Of a stretch of DNA of 48,210 nt, positions 9,583 through 18,453 are shown piece by piece. Origin of the DNA: Promethearchaeota archaeon (GTDB taxonomy: Archaea > Asgardarchaeota > Lokiarchaeia > Sigyniarchaeales > SOKP01); assembly GCA_019894955.1 (NCBI GenBank), contig JAGXNQ010000003.1, forward strand, positions 1 through 48,210, in the 5' to 3' direction. A model generated the notes under the pieces. That model saw only the letters and a program-made list of their open reading frames with translations. It had not been told where the DNA came from and ran no database searches. The position numbers and the translations under genes are program-made. Position 1 is the first letter of the stretch. The number at the start of each line of letters is the position of its first letter.

Positions 9583-10962
9583 GTGTTAGTTATGCAAAAT
9601 GACTTGATATTAGGAAAGCTAGAAGAGATAATTGAACCCAGTTTTGTATCTAATAGAATGGAAGATCTGTATATCTATTCCCAAGATCCTGGAGCATCTC
9701 TCCCCCGCAAAGTTGATTATGTAGTCATGCCTGAAACAGTAGAACAAGTTCAAGAAGTAGTTAAATTAGCAAATAAAGAAAAAATCCCTATTATTCCGAT
9801 GGGTGGAGGATTAACGCTGAGTGGACTAGTAATCCCTTTGAAAGGAGGAATTGTCATGGATATGAAACGCATGAATAAAATAATTGATATCAATTCACAA
9901 AACCGTTATGCTCTTATTGAAGCGGGGGTTACCTCTGGACAGTTATTAGCCTATTTAAATAAAAATCACCCTGATTTACAACCTCCGATTCCTGATGCTC
10001 CCCCCTCAGTTACAATAGCCGGAAATGCATTAATCCATGGTTCTGGGTATCTCTCTCAAAAATATGGAGATCATGGTGCCATGATAAATGGATTAGAAGT
10101 TATACTTCCTGATGGTGAAGTCTATAAATTTGGATCTTGTGCTATTTCTGATTATTGGTTTACAAGAGGTCCTATTCCTGATTTAATAGGATTATTCATT
10201 AGTTCCTTTGGTACGATGGGAATTGTTACAAAACTCTCTATTAAATTGTTTCCAAAACCTAAAATGAGAGATATTGTTTTCGGGTTATGCAAAGATCCAA
10301 ATAATCTACCCGAATTAATAACAAAAATCACCCATAGAGAAGTAGCTGAAGATATATTGCTTGGTATTCAAGACAAACCAGACTGGATGAAAGGTTATAC
10401 TTTTATAATCGTATATATCACGGGTGAATCTGAAGAAGAACTAAATAATAAAACTAAAATTCTTAAGGCATTGTATCGAAAAGCAAATTCAAGATACATG
10501 AAAGTTCCAAAACATATTGAAGATGTTTTTCTTGAAAAACCTCAATTTGCAGCTAAAGCGGCAGATTTTAGAAAAGGCGGCGGATTTGAATATGTTGGAG
10601 CTTTTATACCCCTTCAATTAATTCCAAAATTGATTCAAATTGGTACAGATATTTCATTGAAACACGGAATTGTTCCTACTCTGGGGGCTAGACTTATAGG
10701 ACAAGGACATTCTGCGATGTTTTTTATTTCTTATTCTTTCAATCGAGCAGATCCTAAAGACATGGAAAATGCAAGAGATGCTTTACATGAGACGAATAAA
10801 GCAGTTCTTGAAGTTGGTGGCATTCCATGGAAAGCAGAGATTGAAGGACAACAATTAATATTGGAAAAGATGGATCCTAATTATAAAAAATTATTAAAAG
10901 CCATTAAAAATTTAATCGATCCAAATGGAATCATGAATCCAGGTAATTGGGAGGTGAAATAA
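9583..10962 (+). CDS. FAD-linked oxidase (GlcD / D-lactate dehydrogenase-like)
   Basis: FAD_binding_4-like VVMPETVEQVQEVVKLANKEKIPIIPMGGGLTLSG and a C-terminal LIDPNGIMNPG. GTG at 9583, alternative ATG at 9592. Confidence 0.85.
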   Translation: MLVMQNDLILGKLEEIIEPSFVSNRMEDLYIYSQDPGASLPRKVDYVVMPETVEQVQEVVKLANKEKIPIIPMGGGLTLSGLVIPLKGGIVMDMKRMNKIIDINSQNRYALIEAGVTSGQLLAYLNKNHPDLQPPIPDAPPSVTIAGNALIHGSGYLSQKYGDHGAMINGLEVILPDGEVYKFGSCAISDYWFTRGPIPDLIGLFISSFGTMGIVTKLSIKLFPKPKMRDIVFGLCKDPNNLPELITKITHREVAEDILLGIQDKPDWMKGYTFIIVYITGESEEELNNKTKILKALYRKANSRYMKVPKHIEDVFLEKPQFAAKAADFRKGGGFEYVGAFIPLQLIPKLIQIGTDISLKHGIVPTLGARLIGQGHSAMFFISYSFNRADPKDMENARDALHETNKAVLEVGGIPWKAEIEGQQLILEKMDPNYKKLLKAIKNLIDPNGIMNPGNWEVK

Positions 10963-12134
10963 TCATTTCCGCAAATTTAGAAAAAGATTGGAAAGATATT
11001 GTTCATAGATGCTTTAGATGTGGTTATTGTAAATTTACCGCAGACTATTCTGATTTTAACTGTCCCAGTTATAAAAAATATAGATTCGAAACATTCAGTA
11101 CAGGGGGGAGAATGTGGACAATTTATGGTTTAATTAGTGGAGAAATTCCTTGGAATGATCAAGTAGCTAATGTAATATATGCATGCTCAACCTGTGGTAA
11201 TTGCATGGAGCACTGTAAGTTTGATAAATTTAAAGATTTCCTTGTAGATTTTATAGAGGCAGCACGTGAAGAAGCTTATAATCAAGGATATTGTCCAAAT
11301 AAACAAAAAGCTTTGCTTGAACGTATTGAGAATCTTGAAATGTATAATCCTTATGGAGAAAAAAATTCAGAAAACGATGCTTTAAAAAAGGAATATGATT
11401 TACCTGATGAAGCAGAATGGGTTTATTTCATTGGATGTACATCGAATTATAGACAAAAAGAATTACGAGATGCAACCTTAAGATTTCTCAAAAAAGCGAA
11501 CATAAATTTTACACTTATTGATGAGCATTGTTGTTGCAGCCCTATTTTGAGAACTGGGCAAACTAAGAATGTCAAGGAATTTGTTAACTATAATTTGATG
11601 AAAATTAGAGAGACTGGCGCTTCAAAAGTGATTACATCTTGTGCTGGATGTTATAGAACTATGAAATCTGATTGGACTAAATATGATAACTCAACTGATA
11701 TTGAAATTTTACATACAATTGAACTTATTGATGGTCTTATAAAAGAAGGAAAATTAAATTTTAAATCAGAATTAAATCAAAAGGTTACGTATCATGATCC
11801 CTGTCATCTTGGACGACATATGAAAATATATGAAGTTCCACGAAATATTTTAAAAAATATACCTGGGATTGATTTAGTTGAAATGGAAAGAAATCGTGGA
11901 AATTCATGGTGTTGTGGGGCCGGAGGTGGTGTGAAAATCGGTTATCCAGAATGGAGTTTAGAAATCTCTAAAGAACGACTTGAAGAAGCTAAAAATACTA
12001 ATGCATCACTAATCGCTTCAGCGTGTCCCTTCTGTCGTACGAACCTAAATGACGCTAATCGAGAGTTTGAAATGAATTTTGAAATTTTGGACATAATCGA
12101 AATTATCGACAATTTAGACTATGAAATAAACTAG
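10947..12134 (+). CDS. Fe-S oxidoreductase with two 4Fe-4S motifs and CCG domains (GlcF/HdrD-like)
   Basis: CFRCGYCKFTADYSDFNCP and CSTCGNCMEHC clusters. CCG-type segments are SCAGCYRT..DPCHLGRH and SWCCGAGGG..ACPFCRTNL. It overlaps the upstream FAD oxidase by 16 nt. The only canonical start is TTG; no in-frame ATG precedes the first Cys cluster. Confidence 0.8.
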   Translation: MGGEIIISANLEKDWKDIVHRCFRCGYCKFTADYSDFNCPSYKKYRFETFSTGGRMWTIYGLISGEIPWNDQVANVIYACSTCGNCMEHCKFDKFKDFLVDFIEAAREEAYNQGYCPNKQKALLERIENLEMYNPYGEKNSENDALKKEYDLPDEAEWVYFIGCTSNYRQKELRDATLRFLKKANINFTLIDEHCCCSPILRTGQTKNVKEFVNYNLMKIRETGASKVITSCAGCYRTMKSDWTKYDNSTDIEILHTIELIDGLIKEGKLNFKSELNQKVTYHDPCHLGRHMKIYEVPRNILKNIPGIDLVEMERNRGNSWCCGAGGGVKIGYPEWSLEISKERLEEAKNTNASLIASACPFCRTNLNDANREFEMNFEILDIIEIIDNLDYEIN

Positions 12135-12291
12135 TTTTTATTAAATCAAATTGTAGTCTTGACGTGCTTTTTTATTGTATTTTTTCATATTTTGGAATAT
12201 GATATTTCGAATTCAAATTCAAAGTAATTAACTTTTTTTCTCTTCTTAATTTTTTACTTATAAAATACTGTATCAATAATTAGGTGGTTTA

Positions 12292-13164
12292 ATGCGACTT
12301 GGAGCCCATATGAAGGTAGATGGTGGAAAATTCAAAGCTTTAGAACGAGGAAAGCAAATTAATTGTGAAGCTATTCAATTATTTATCAGAAATGTACGTT
12401 CTTGGAATTCCGGACCAATAACTCAAAAAGAAATTGATAAATTTATAGAAATAAGAAATGAAGTCAAAATTTGGCCAATTTTATCTCACGACAGCTATTT
12501 GATTAATTTAGCGAGTATAGATCCTGAAAAACTTGAAAAGTCCTATAATGCATTGTTAGATGATTTACAAAAATCCTCCATGTTAGGAATTGAATATGAA
12601 AATATTCACCCAGGAGTCATACCTAAACGAGATAAAGATAACGTTATCAAGGAAGAAGCCCTAACACAAATTGCGAATCAATTAAACAAATTGATGATTG
12701 CTACAGAAAAATCAAATACCATTGTTTTATTAGAAACAACAGCCGGTCAAGGAGAAGGTTTGGGTCATAAATTCCATCATCTGAAATCTATTATTGATAA
12801 AATTGAAAATAAAAAAAGAATTGGTGTTTGTTTTGATACAGCACACTCTTTTGCAGCAGGATATGATTTTAGGACAAAAAAGACGTATAATGAGATGTGG
12901 GATAACTTCGATGATATTATTGGATTAAAATATCTTTTTGCATTTCACTTGAATGATTCACTTAATGATTTAGGTTCTAGAACTGATCGTCATGCACATA
13001 TAGGGCAAGGAAAAATTGGTAAAGAAGCATTCGGTTTCTTAGTTAATGATGAACGCTTTAAAGATCATCCCGGAATTTTGGAGACTCCAAAAGAGGATGA
13101 TATGAAAGAAGACGTCATGAATTTGTCTACTCTTAGATTATTGATAAAAAAAAAAGATAATTAA
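12292..13164 (+). CDS. nfo: Endonuclease IV (AP endonuclease family 2)
   Basis: LGAH..., AIQLFIRNVRSW, IHPG, LLETTAGQG, CFDTAH, FHLNDS and DRHAHIGQGKIG form the typical Nfo metal-ligand pattern. An SD-like GGTGG lies 5 nt upstream of the ATG. Confidence 0.85.
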   Translation: MRLGAHMKVDGGKFKALERGKQINCEAIQLFIRNVRSWNSGPITQKEIDKFIEIRNEVKIWPILSHDSYLINLASIDPEKLEKSYNALLDDLQKSSMLGIEYENIHPGVIPKRDKDNVIKEEALTQIANQLNKLMIATEKSNTIVLLETTAGQGEGLGHKFHHLKSIIDKIENKKRIGVCFDTAHSFAAGYDFRTKKTYNEMWDNFDDIIGLKYLFAFHLNDSLNDLGSRTDRHAHIGQGKIGKEAFGFLVNDERFKDHPGILETPKEDDMKEDVMNLSTLRLLIKKKDN

Positions 13165-13186
13165 AATCCCTAAATGCGATTTAAGG

Positions 13187-13600
13187 TTAATCTATAACTT
13201 CAAACCAGATGGGAGTTTTATCATTAGCTCTTCCATTATAATTAACTGTGATTTCTTCTCCTTCTTGAATATCTTTAATAGCAGAAAATTCCATTGTATT
13301 ATTATTGTAGTCAAATAAATATTTTGCATTCGGTTTGAAAGAATGATTAATGAATTGAGATATACTAAGGGTTATAGCATTTTTAAATCCTGGTTTTTTA
13401 GAATCTCCCCATATGTAACAATAATCATACAAAACTGTCTTCCTTATTTTATTATAATCATTATCTGGAATTAAAATTACATTTGCTACATCAATAACAG
13501 TCTTCTTTTTTATGATTTTCTTTGCAAATGCTCCTTTTCCCTTTTTTTCTGAGATATACTTTACATCAATATATTCATTCATATTATTCACATATCGCAT
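13187..13600 (-). CDS. Minimal SET-domain protein (putative lysine methyltransferase)
   Basis: NHSFKPN (cf. NHSCxPN) and EGEEITVNYN (cf. GEELtxdY) in a 137-aa protein. Its ATG directly abuts the TAA of the upstream gene (TAAATG). Confidence 0.7.
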   Translation of the reverse strand: MRYVNNMNEYIDVKYISEKKGKGAFAKKIIKKKTVIDVANVILIPDNDYNKIRKTVLYDYCYIWGDSKKPGFKNAITLSISQFINHSFKPNAKYLFDYNNNTMEFSAIKDIQEGEEITVNYNGRANDKTPIWFEVID

Positions 13601-14197
13601 TTATTCAATTGAAGCATGATGATTATCAATGATTTCTTCTGATACACTTAATTCTTCCATCAAAATTCCCCCAATGGAATCCAATATTGCTAAAGTAGAG
13701 ATATCAAATAAGGATGTGTAAGGAGCAAGGGTTTTTTCATAGATAGCTTTTTCTTTACTTTTTCCTTCAATTTTAATGACTAAATCACTAATTTTTGCAA
13801 TACTACTTATCTGATTTCCAGTAAATAATATAATTTTTCCTCCAATTTCTTTTGCTTTATTAGCTATTGCTCTTGGTGATGTTGTTTCTCCACTTCCACT
13901 AATCAAAATGAGCAAATCTCTTTCAGTATACCGATGAGTCACAGCATCCGATATAAAACAAGATTTTATTCCGAGATGCATCAAACGTTGGGCAAAGCAT
14001 CGTCCTATAAAGCCGGATCGTCCTGCACCATAAATAAAAATCATCGCATTATTGTTATATATCTGAAGAATTTCTTTAATAATCTGTATAACAATATTTG
14101 AATTAAGAGATTTTGAATTAAGATTGATCTTTCCTTCAATTTCAGATAATGTATTTTTAAATCTTTCAACAATTTGTTCTTTCTTCAATATTTTCAC
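13601..14197 (-). CDS. hxlB: 6-phospho-3-hexuloisomerase (SIS domain)
   Basis: IFIYGAGRSGFIGRCFAQRLMHLGIKSCF and LLILISGSGETT closely match the archaeal PHI signature (GRSGyIGRCFAmRLMHLG). GTG start. Confidence 0.8.
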   Translation of the reverse strand: MKILKKEQIVERFKNTLSEIEGKINLNSKSLNSNIVIQIIKEILQIYNNNAMIFIYGAGRSGFIGRCFAQRLMHLGIKSCFISDAVTHRYTERDLLILISGSGETTSPRAIANKAKEIGGKIILFTGNQISSIAKISDLVIKIEGKSKEKAIYEKTLAPYTSLFDISTLAILDSIGGILMEELSVSEEIIDNHHASIE

Positions 14198-14220
14198 ATT
14201 CCTTTCTCTAGTTAAAAATT

Positions 14221-15465
14221 CTATTCAGGATGAACACACTTTCTCCATTGGTCTACAGTCTCTTTGGGACCTAATCCGATTATTAAATCACCTTCTTCGA
14301 AGACAAAATCTGATTTAAAACTGTATATCCATTTTTCGTGACGTTTTAAAGCTATAATATGAAATCCTCGCTTATATTTTTGATTTTGAAGTTCTTTATA
14401 AGTTTTATTTTTAAAAAATGAATCTTCGGACATGGTTTCCCTTACAACTATTTCTGATGTTTCTTTAATGGCTTTTTGGAAAATTGGATGTGATTCAAAT
14501 CCTTTTAAAATATTCTCAGCAATGTGTGCTGCTGCATCAGCAATTAATTCGCAAGAAAATACTATCCGCATTATACCCGTTAAGGTACGGGGAGTTTCAA
14601 CCAAATGTGCAAAATCTAAGAGGTCTTTTTCAAAAATGATATTAAGCCCATCCATTAAAGCCTCCATTTCAAGGACGTCATCAGCTACTTCATAACTATT
14701 AAAAAATAGGGCTGCTAGAGCTAATTCAATCATGGTTTCAGATATATCAGTTATTAAGATATAATCTCTTTTAAGTGCTTGAATTTCATTATAAATTTCG
14801 GGGTTACTAAGATCGAATTCAGATTCTTCTTGATTCTTATCAAAATTAAAGGTTATTTCTCCTAAATCACCCGCTAAACTCTTTAATGCTTTTATAGGCT
14901 CCAATTCACCTTTTATTATTAAAAAATCTCCCTTTTGTATCATTTCGTTCTTTTGGAATAACCAATTATCACCCCTTTTTATTGCAATAAGATCTACACC
15001 ATGTTTAGATCTAAAATGAATATCTTGACGTGTGAATCCAATAAATTCACAATTTTCATTCACAGAAACCTTTACGATGGGTTCAGGTACTTCTTCCCAA
15101 AAGAGCTGAGTAAAATCAGAGATATCGCTATTGATATATACCACTCGAGCAATATCAGCTAAAGCATCAGAGATTTTATCTATTGAATATCCCATAACTA
15201 TTAATGGCTCTAAGGATTTTGCTTCTTTAAATCCACCTGCTTGAGTTTGAATGATCTGTAAATTTAAAAGAAAAGTAAGCTCATGTATTCTTTTTTCAAT
15301 TTTAGAGGTTTCATTCGCAATTTCTTTGATTCCGAATTTAATAGCAGTATAGGCTAAATCTATCATTGTATCAATGTTTTCTTTCATTTCTCTGAGAATA
15401 TTTTTTATCGAAAGTGGTTTGTATTGAAATTTTTTTCTTTTACTCTGAATTTTGTTTTTCTGCAT
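14221..15465 (-). CDS. PhoU-like / tandem TrkA-C (RCK_C) domain regulatory protein
   Basis: Two TrkA-C-like segments (DLIAIKRGDNWLFQKNEMIQKGDFLIIKGE; HIIALKRHEKWIYSFKSDFVFEEGDLIIGLG), each preceded by a helical PhoU-like region. The ATG at 15465 sits 5 nt after an AGGTGA SD. The ORF extends to a GTG at 15474. Confidence 0.7.
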   Translation of the reverse strand: MQKNKIQSKRKKFQYKPLSIKNILREMKENIDTMIDLAYTAIKFGIKEIANETSKIEKRIHELTFLLNLQIIQTQAGGFKEAKSLEPLIVMGYSIDKISDALADIARVVYINSDISDFTQLFWEEVPEPIVKVSVNENCEFIGFTRQDIHFRSKHGVDLIAIKRGDNWLFQKNEMIQKGDFLIIKGELEPIKALKSLAGDLGEITFNFDKNQEESEFDLSNPEIYNEIQALKRDYILITDISETMIELALAALFFNSYEVADDVLEMEALMDGLNIIFEKDLLDFAHLVETPRTLTGIMRIVFSCELIADAAAHIAENILKGFESHPIFQKAIKETSEIVVRETMSEDSFFKNKTYKELQNQKYKRGFHIIALKRHEKWIYSFKSDFVFEEGDLIIGLGPKETVDQWRKCVHPE

Positions 15466-15489
15466 TTTGATCACCTAACTTAATACAAT

Positions 15490-16041
15490 TTAAGTAAATA
15501 AATAAATGAAAAATATAAGTATAAGAGGAGTTAAAAAATCTAATAAAGATGTTGTTAATGGGATTAAAAAATTATTTGGATCCTTCCCTCTCCTGAATAA
15601 AAATATGGAACTTGTAAATAAGAGTATGAAAATCATAACGAAAAGGATTAACAATGTTAACATGATGACTGTTATTATTAATAATGGATTTATAATTTGA
15701 ATACCAGTAGCAATTCCTACAGCATATCCAATAATAATTAAAGCAATAAGGCTTAATAATATAGTTATCAGTAAACCGTAAAAGTCATTTCTCAAGACAT
15801 TAGATTTCTGAATTTTTGGAGGTAGATTACCTAAATACAAATGAGAAGATAATCGAGAGGTTAGAACTGTTGATATATCTCCAATTAAAGAATTTAATGA
15901 TGGAAGAATTAATAAAATTATAGGAAAACTATATAGAATCTGTTGGTTAATTGAAAGGAAGGTTCCTGATATTAAACCCATAATCGAGGATATTATTACT
16001 ATGACAACTGATTCCTTGATTATTTTCTTGAAGTAATCCAT
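15490..16041 (-). CDS. MgtE-type divalent cation transporter membrane domain (half-size)
   Basis: About 5 TM helices and a GKDPNNFLIPLTTSLLDFLT motif, characteristic of the MgtE/SLC41 membrane domain. Its ATG abuts the TAA of the upstream paralogue. Confidence 0.75.
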   Translation of the reverse strand: MDYFKKIIKESVVIVIISSIMGLISGTFLSINQQILYSFPIILLILPSLNSLIGDISTVLTSRLSSHLYLGNLPPKIQKSNVLRNDFYGLLITILLSLIALIIIGYAVGIATGIQIINPLLIITVIMLTLLILFVMIFILLFTSSIFLFRRGKDPNNFLIPLTTSLLDFLTPLILIFFIYLFT

Positions 16042-16596
16042 TTAAGGAACCCCCAACATTATGATTGTCAGATAGAAGCATAAAACAGTGAAGAAATCAT
16101 CTATAGCGGTCATTATCGGATTTACAACATTGTTCGGATCAAGACCTCTTCTAAAAACTATTATATTTAGTACTGTGGAAAATGGTATTGATATTGAAAG
16201 TGTCAATAAAATGGAGATAATTGGAATTAATATTAATATTCCGTTAGTAATAATAAATACTCTTACTAAAAAATAATTTAATAGGATCCCGAAGAGACCA
16301 ATTAGAAAAGCTATTAGGATCGAAAGTGTATAAGTAGCTAAAATATTCTCCAATAAAGATTTTTTGTTAAATTCTCCAATTATAATATCCCTTGATGTAC
16401 GAGCAATATATGGACCACTTATATTACCTCTTATCGATAGCAATGCTGGAACCAATAGAATTAAGATAAGAAAACTTTCGAACGGCACGATTAAGATAGT
16501 TAATATTATACCAGCGAGAATATCTCCAATAATTGAGATGATTTCTGACGGAAAGACTTCTTTAACAATTTTCCATTTTGTATCTTGCCAATCCAT
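16042..16596 (-). CDS. MgtE-type divalent cation transporter membrane domain (half-size), paralogue
   Basis: GLDPNNVVNPIMTAIDDFFT motif and about 5 TM helices. It is a paralogue of 15490-16041. Confidence 0.75.
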   Translation of the reverse strand: MDWQDTKWKIVKEVFPSEIISIIGDILAGIILTILIVPFESFLILILLVPALLSIRGNISGPYIARTSRDIIIGEFNKKSLLENILATYTLSILIAFLIGLFGILLNYFLVRVFIITNGILILIPIISILLTLSISIPFSTVLNIIVFRRGLDPNNVVNPIMTAIDDFFTVLCFYLTIIMLGVP

Positions 16597-16929
16597 ATGT
16601 CATCCTCATCATTTTTTGAAGATTCGGAATTACTATTCTCAGACATCCTTATAATTTTTAATAATCATTAAAACTATATAAATTTTTTTTATCCAACATT
16701 ATTATATTATATATTTCTATTTATCTTTAATTAGATTTCCCAAATACTCAATTGAATGTAATTATTTTAAAATCTCTTACATTAAATTAGGTATACCTAA
16801 AAGTTATATAAAAAAAATGAAGTATTTAAAATCTATATTTCTTTTGTTTTACTACTACAAGAGCAAATACATGATAAAAATAGAAAACAAATAAAAAATA
16901 AATAAAAAGATTTTAAAATAACTTTAATG

Positions 16930-17691
16930 CTAGAATTTAGAACCACATTCAGCACAAAAATTACCTTGTTGAGAAACACGCGATCCACACATGGGGCAGA
17001 AATTGGTGGATTCTGCCTGTTTTAAGATTATGGTAGAAGTTGATGCAACGTTTGGAGTATTATTCATCATTATTATTTCAGATTCCTGAGGTATTTCTCT
17101 CATCATATCTGCCATTCTAGCTACTTGAAAGTAACCAACAATTTGCAGTATAAAACCGACGAATACTGTAATACCAACAAAAAATAAAGCGTATAATAAT
17201 GCTCCAGTAGCAAGATTATCAGTACCTTTAATTACATCTCTGAATAAGATTCTTGAAAACTTATTTTGATTTTCCTCAAAAAAGATTTTCAATTCCTTCC
17301 AAGCTTTCATTTCTATTACAAAAGCAGAAATGACTAAAATGAGAGCTAAGGCTAGTAAAAATGCACCAATAATAATTGTAATAACGATATTTTCTATGGG
17401 TATAAAGAAACCGATAGCTAGGAAAATTCCGCCTGGTATTACACTGAAAATTGCAATAAATAGTCTAGTTATTGAAGATATCATTTTTGAACGATATTTC
17501 TCCAGTAGATCACTATTAAGTGTTAGATTAATATATTTAATGTTATTTAAAGCTGCAAATTTGAAGACAAGAACCAAGATCATTGCTATAACTCCTATAC
17601 CCGGTATCATGGAAACAAGGAGAAAAATCGCTACCAATTGCATGTTCTTTCCAAAATCTCTAAATGCCTCTAAAATAGAATTATTCCACAT
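16930..17691 (-). CDS. Membrane protein with C-terminal zinc ribbon
   Basis: Four to five TM helices, then CPMCGSRVSQQGNFCAECGSKF (CxxC..CxxC) at the C-terminus. Ends in TAG. Confidence 0.6.
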   Translation of the reverse strand: MWNNSILEAFRDFGKNMQLVAIFLLVSMIPGIGVIAMILVLVFKFAALNNIKYINLTLNSDLLEKYRSKMISSITRLFIAIFSVIPGGIFLAIGFFIPIENIVITIIIGAFLLALALILVISAFVIEMKAWKELKIFFEENQNKFSRILFRDVIKGTDNLATGALLYALFFVGITVFVGFILQIVGYFQVARMADMMREIPQESEIIMMNNTPNVASTSTIILKQAESTNFCPMCGSRVSQQGNFCAECGSKF

Positions 17692-17846
17692 TTTTTTTAA
17701 TTACCATTCAAATTAATTTATTGTTAATTATCTAAGAGAAAGTAGATATATTATGATAATGGAGTCCAATTTTTGTAGAAGAAATAACTCTTTATTTTCT
17801 ATAAACTAAAAGGGTGAATAAAAAAGAAAGTAAAAAAAAGATAAAA

Positions 17847-18146
17847 TTACGAGCTAATGAGTTGGAATAGTATCGAGGCGTGAGGTATAAAGAATTGGTC
17901 GCCTTTCTTAATAACCACAGTGTGGAAATATTCAGCGAGTCCAAGAAATCCTCTAATAACCGACTCATCTTCTTCAAATTTGAAGATTAGCTTAGCAATA
18001 GCAGCATTTGTATTAAAATTGACTTTATCATATACACGTTCGTCAATCAGGGGGATCTTGAGCTCATTTACGATTTCATAAACACGTTTTTCACAGGACT
18101 AACTAAGTGTTAGTAGACCTATTATGAAGAGCTCTCTCTTTGGCAT
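17847..18146 (-). pseudogene. Small ORF (about 99 codons) interrupted by an in-frame TAG at codon 16
   Basis: My translation: ATG(18146) MPKRELFIIGLLTLS-TAG(18101-18099)-SCEKRVYEIVNELKIPLIDERVYDKVNFNTNAAIAKLIFKFEEDESVIRGFLGLAEYFHTVVIKKGDQFFIPHASILFQLISS-TAA(17849-17847). For the first ~64 codons after the TAG the frame has no ATG, GTG or TTG (first is GTG in ..HTVV..), so the downstream part has no start near its 5' end. Confidence 0.4.
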
Positions 18147-18453
18147 ATTTTCTTAATCACCTAATAATAATGTTCTTTTAAAATTTAAGTATCTAAATAT
18201 AATAATAATAATATATTGCTGTCTTTTATAATTGTTGTCTTTTATGATGACAACCTACTTTAAGGTTCAAAATGCGATAGAATCGATCTTTCATTAAAAA
18301 GATAGATGATCGGAATTGCTCTTGTACTGTGATTAAAGGATTAAAACATGCAAAAAATATAATCTTATAAATGAAAATTTATATAATACCATTAAGATTA
18401 TAATTTATATAATAAACTACTTATAAGTACTTAAAACCTTAGAGGATTGAATC

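Noticed and set aside
17792-17977. 61-aa tracked ORF
   Set aside because: It is out of frame with, and overlapped by, the longer and more protein-like (though TAG-interrupted) reading frame at 17847-18146.
18099-18101. In-frame TAG as pyrrolysine or a reassigned codon
   Set aside because: TAG is the terminator of at least five well-supported genes in this window, and no pyl genes are visible here. A nonsense mutation, an error or local readthrough is more likely. It is kept as a finding only in that form.
18376-18414. Duplicated AATTTATATAATA (18376-18388, 18402-18414) upstream of the Pro-rich gene as tandem promoters
   Set aside because: This is a plausible TATA-box duplication, but TATA-like strings are ubiquitous here. 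Without TSS data I cannot support a promoter call.
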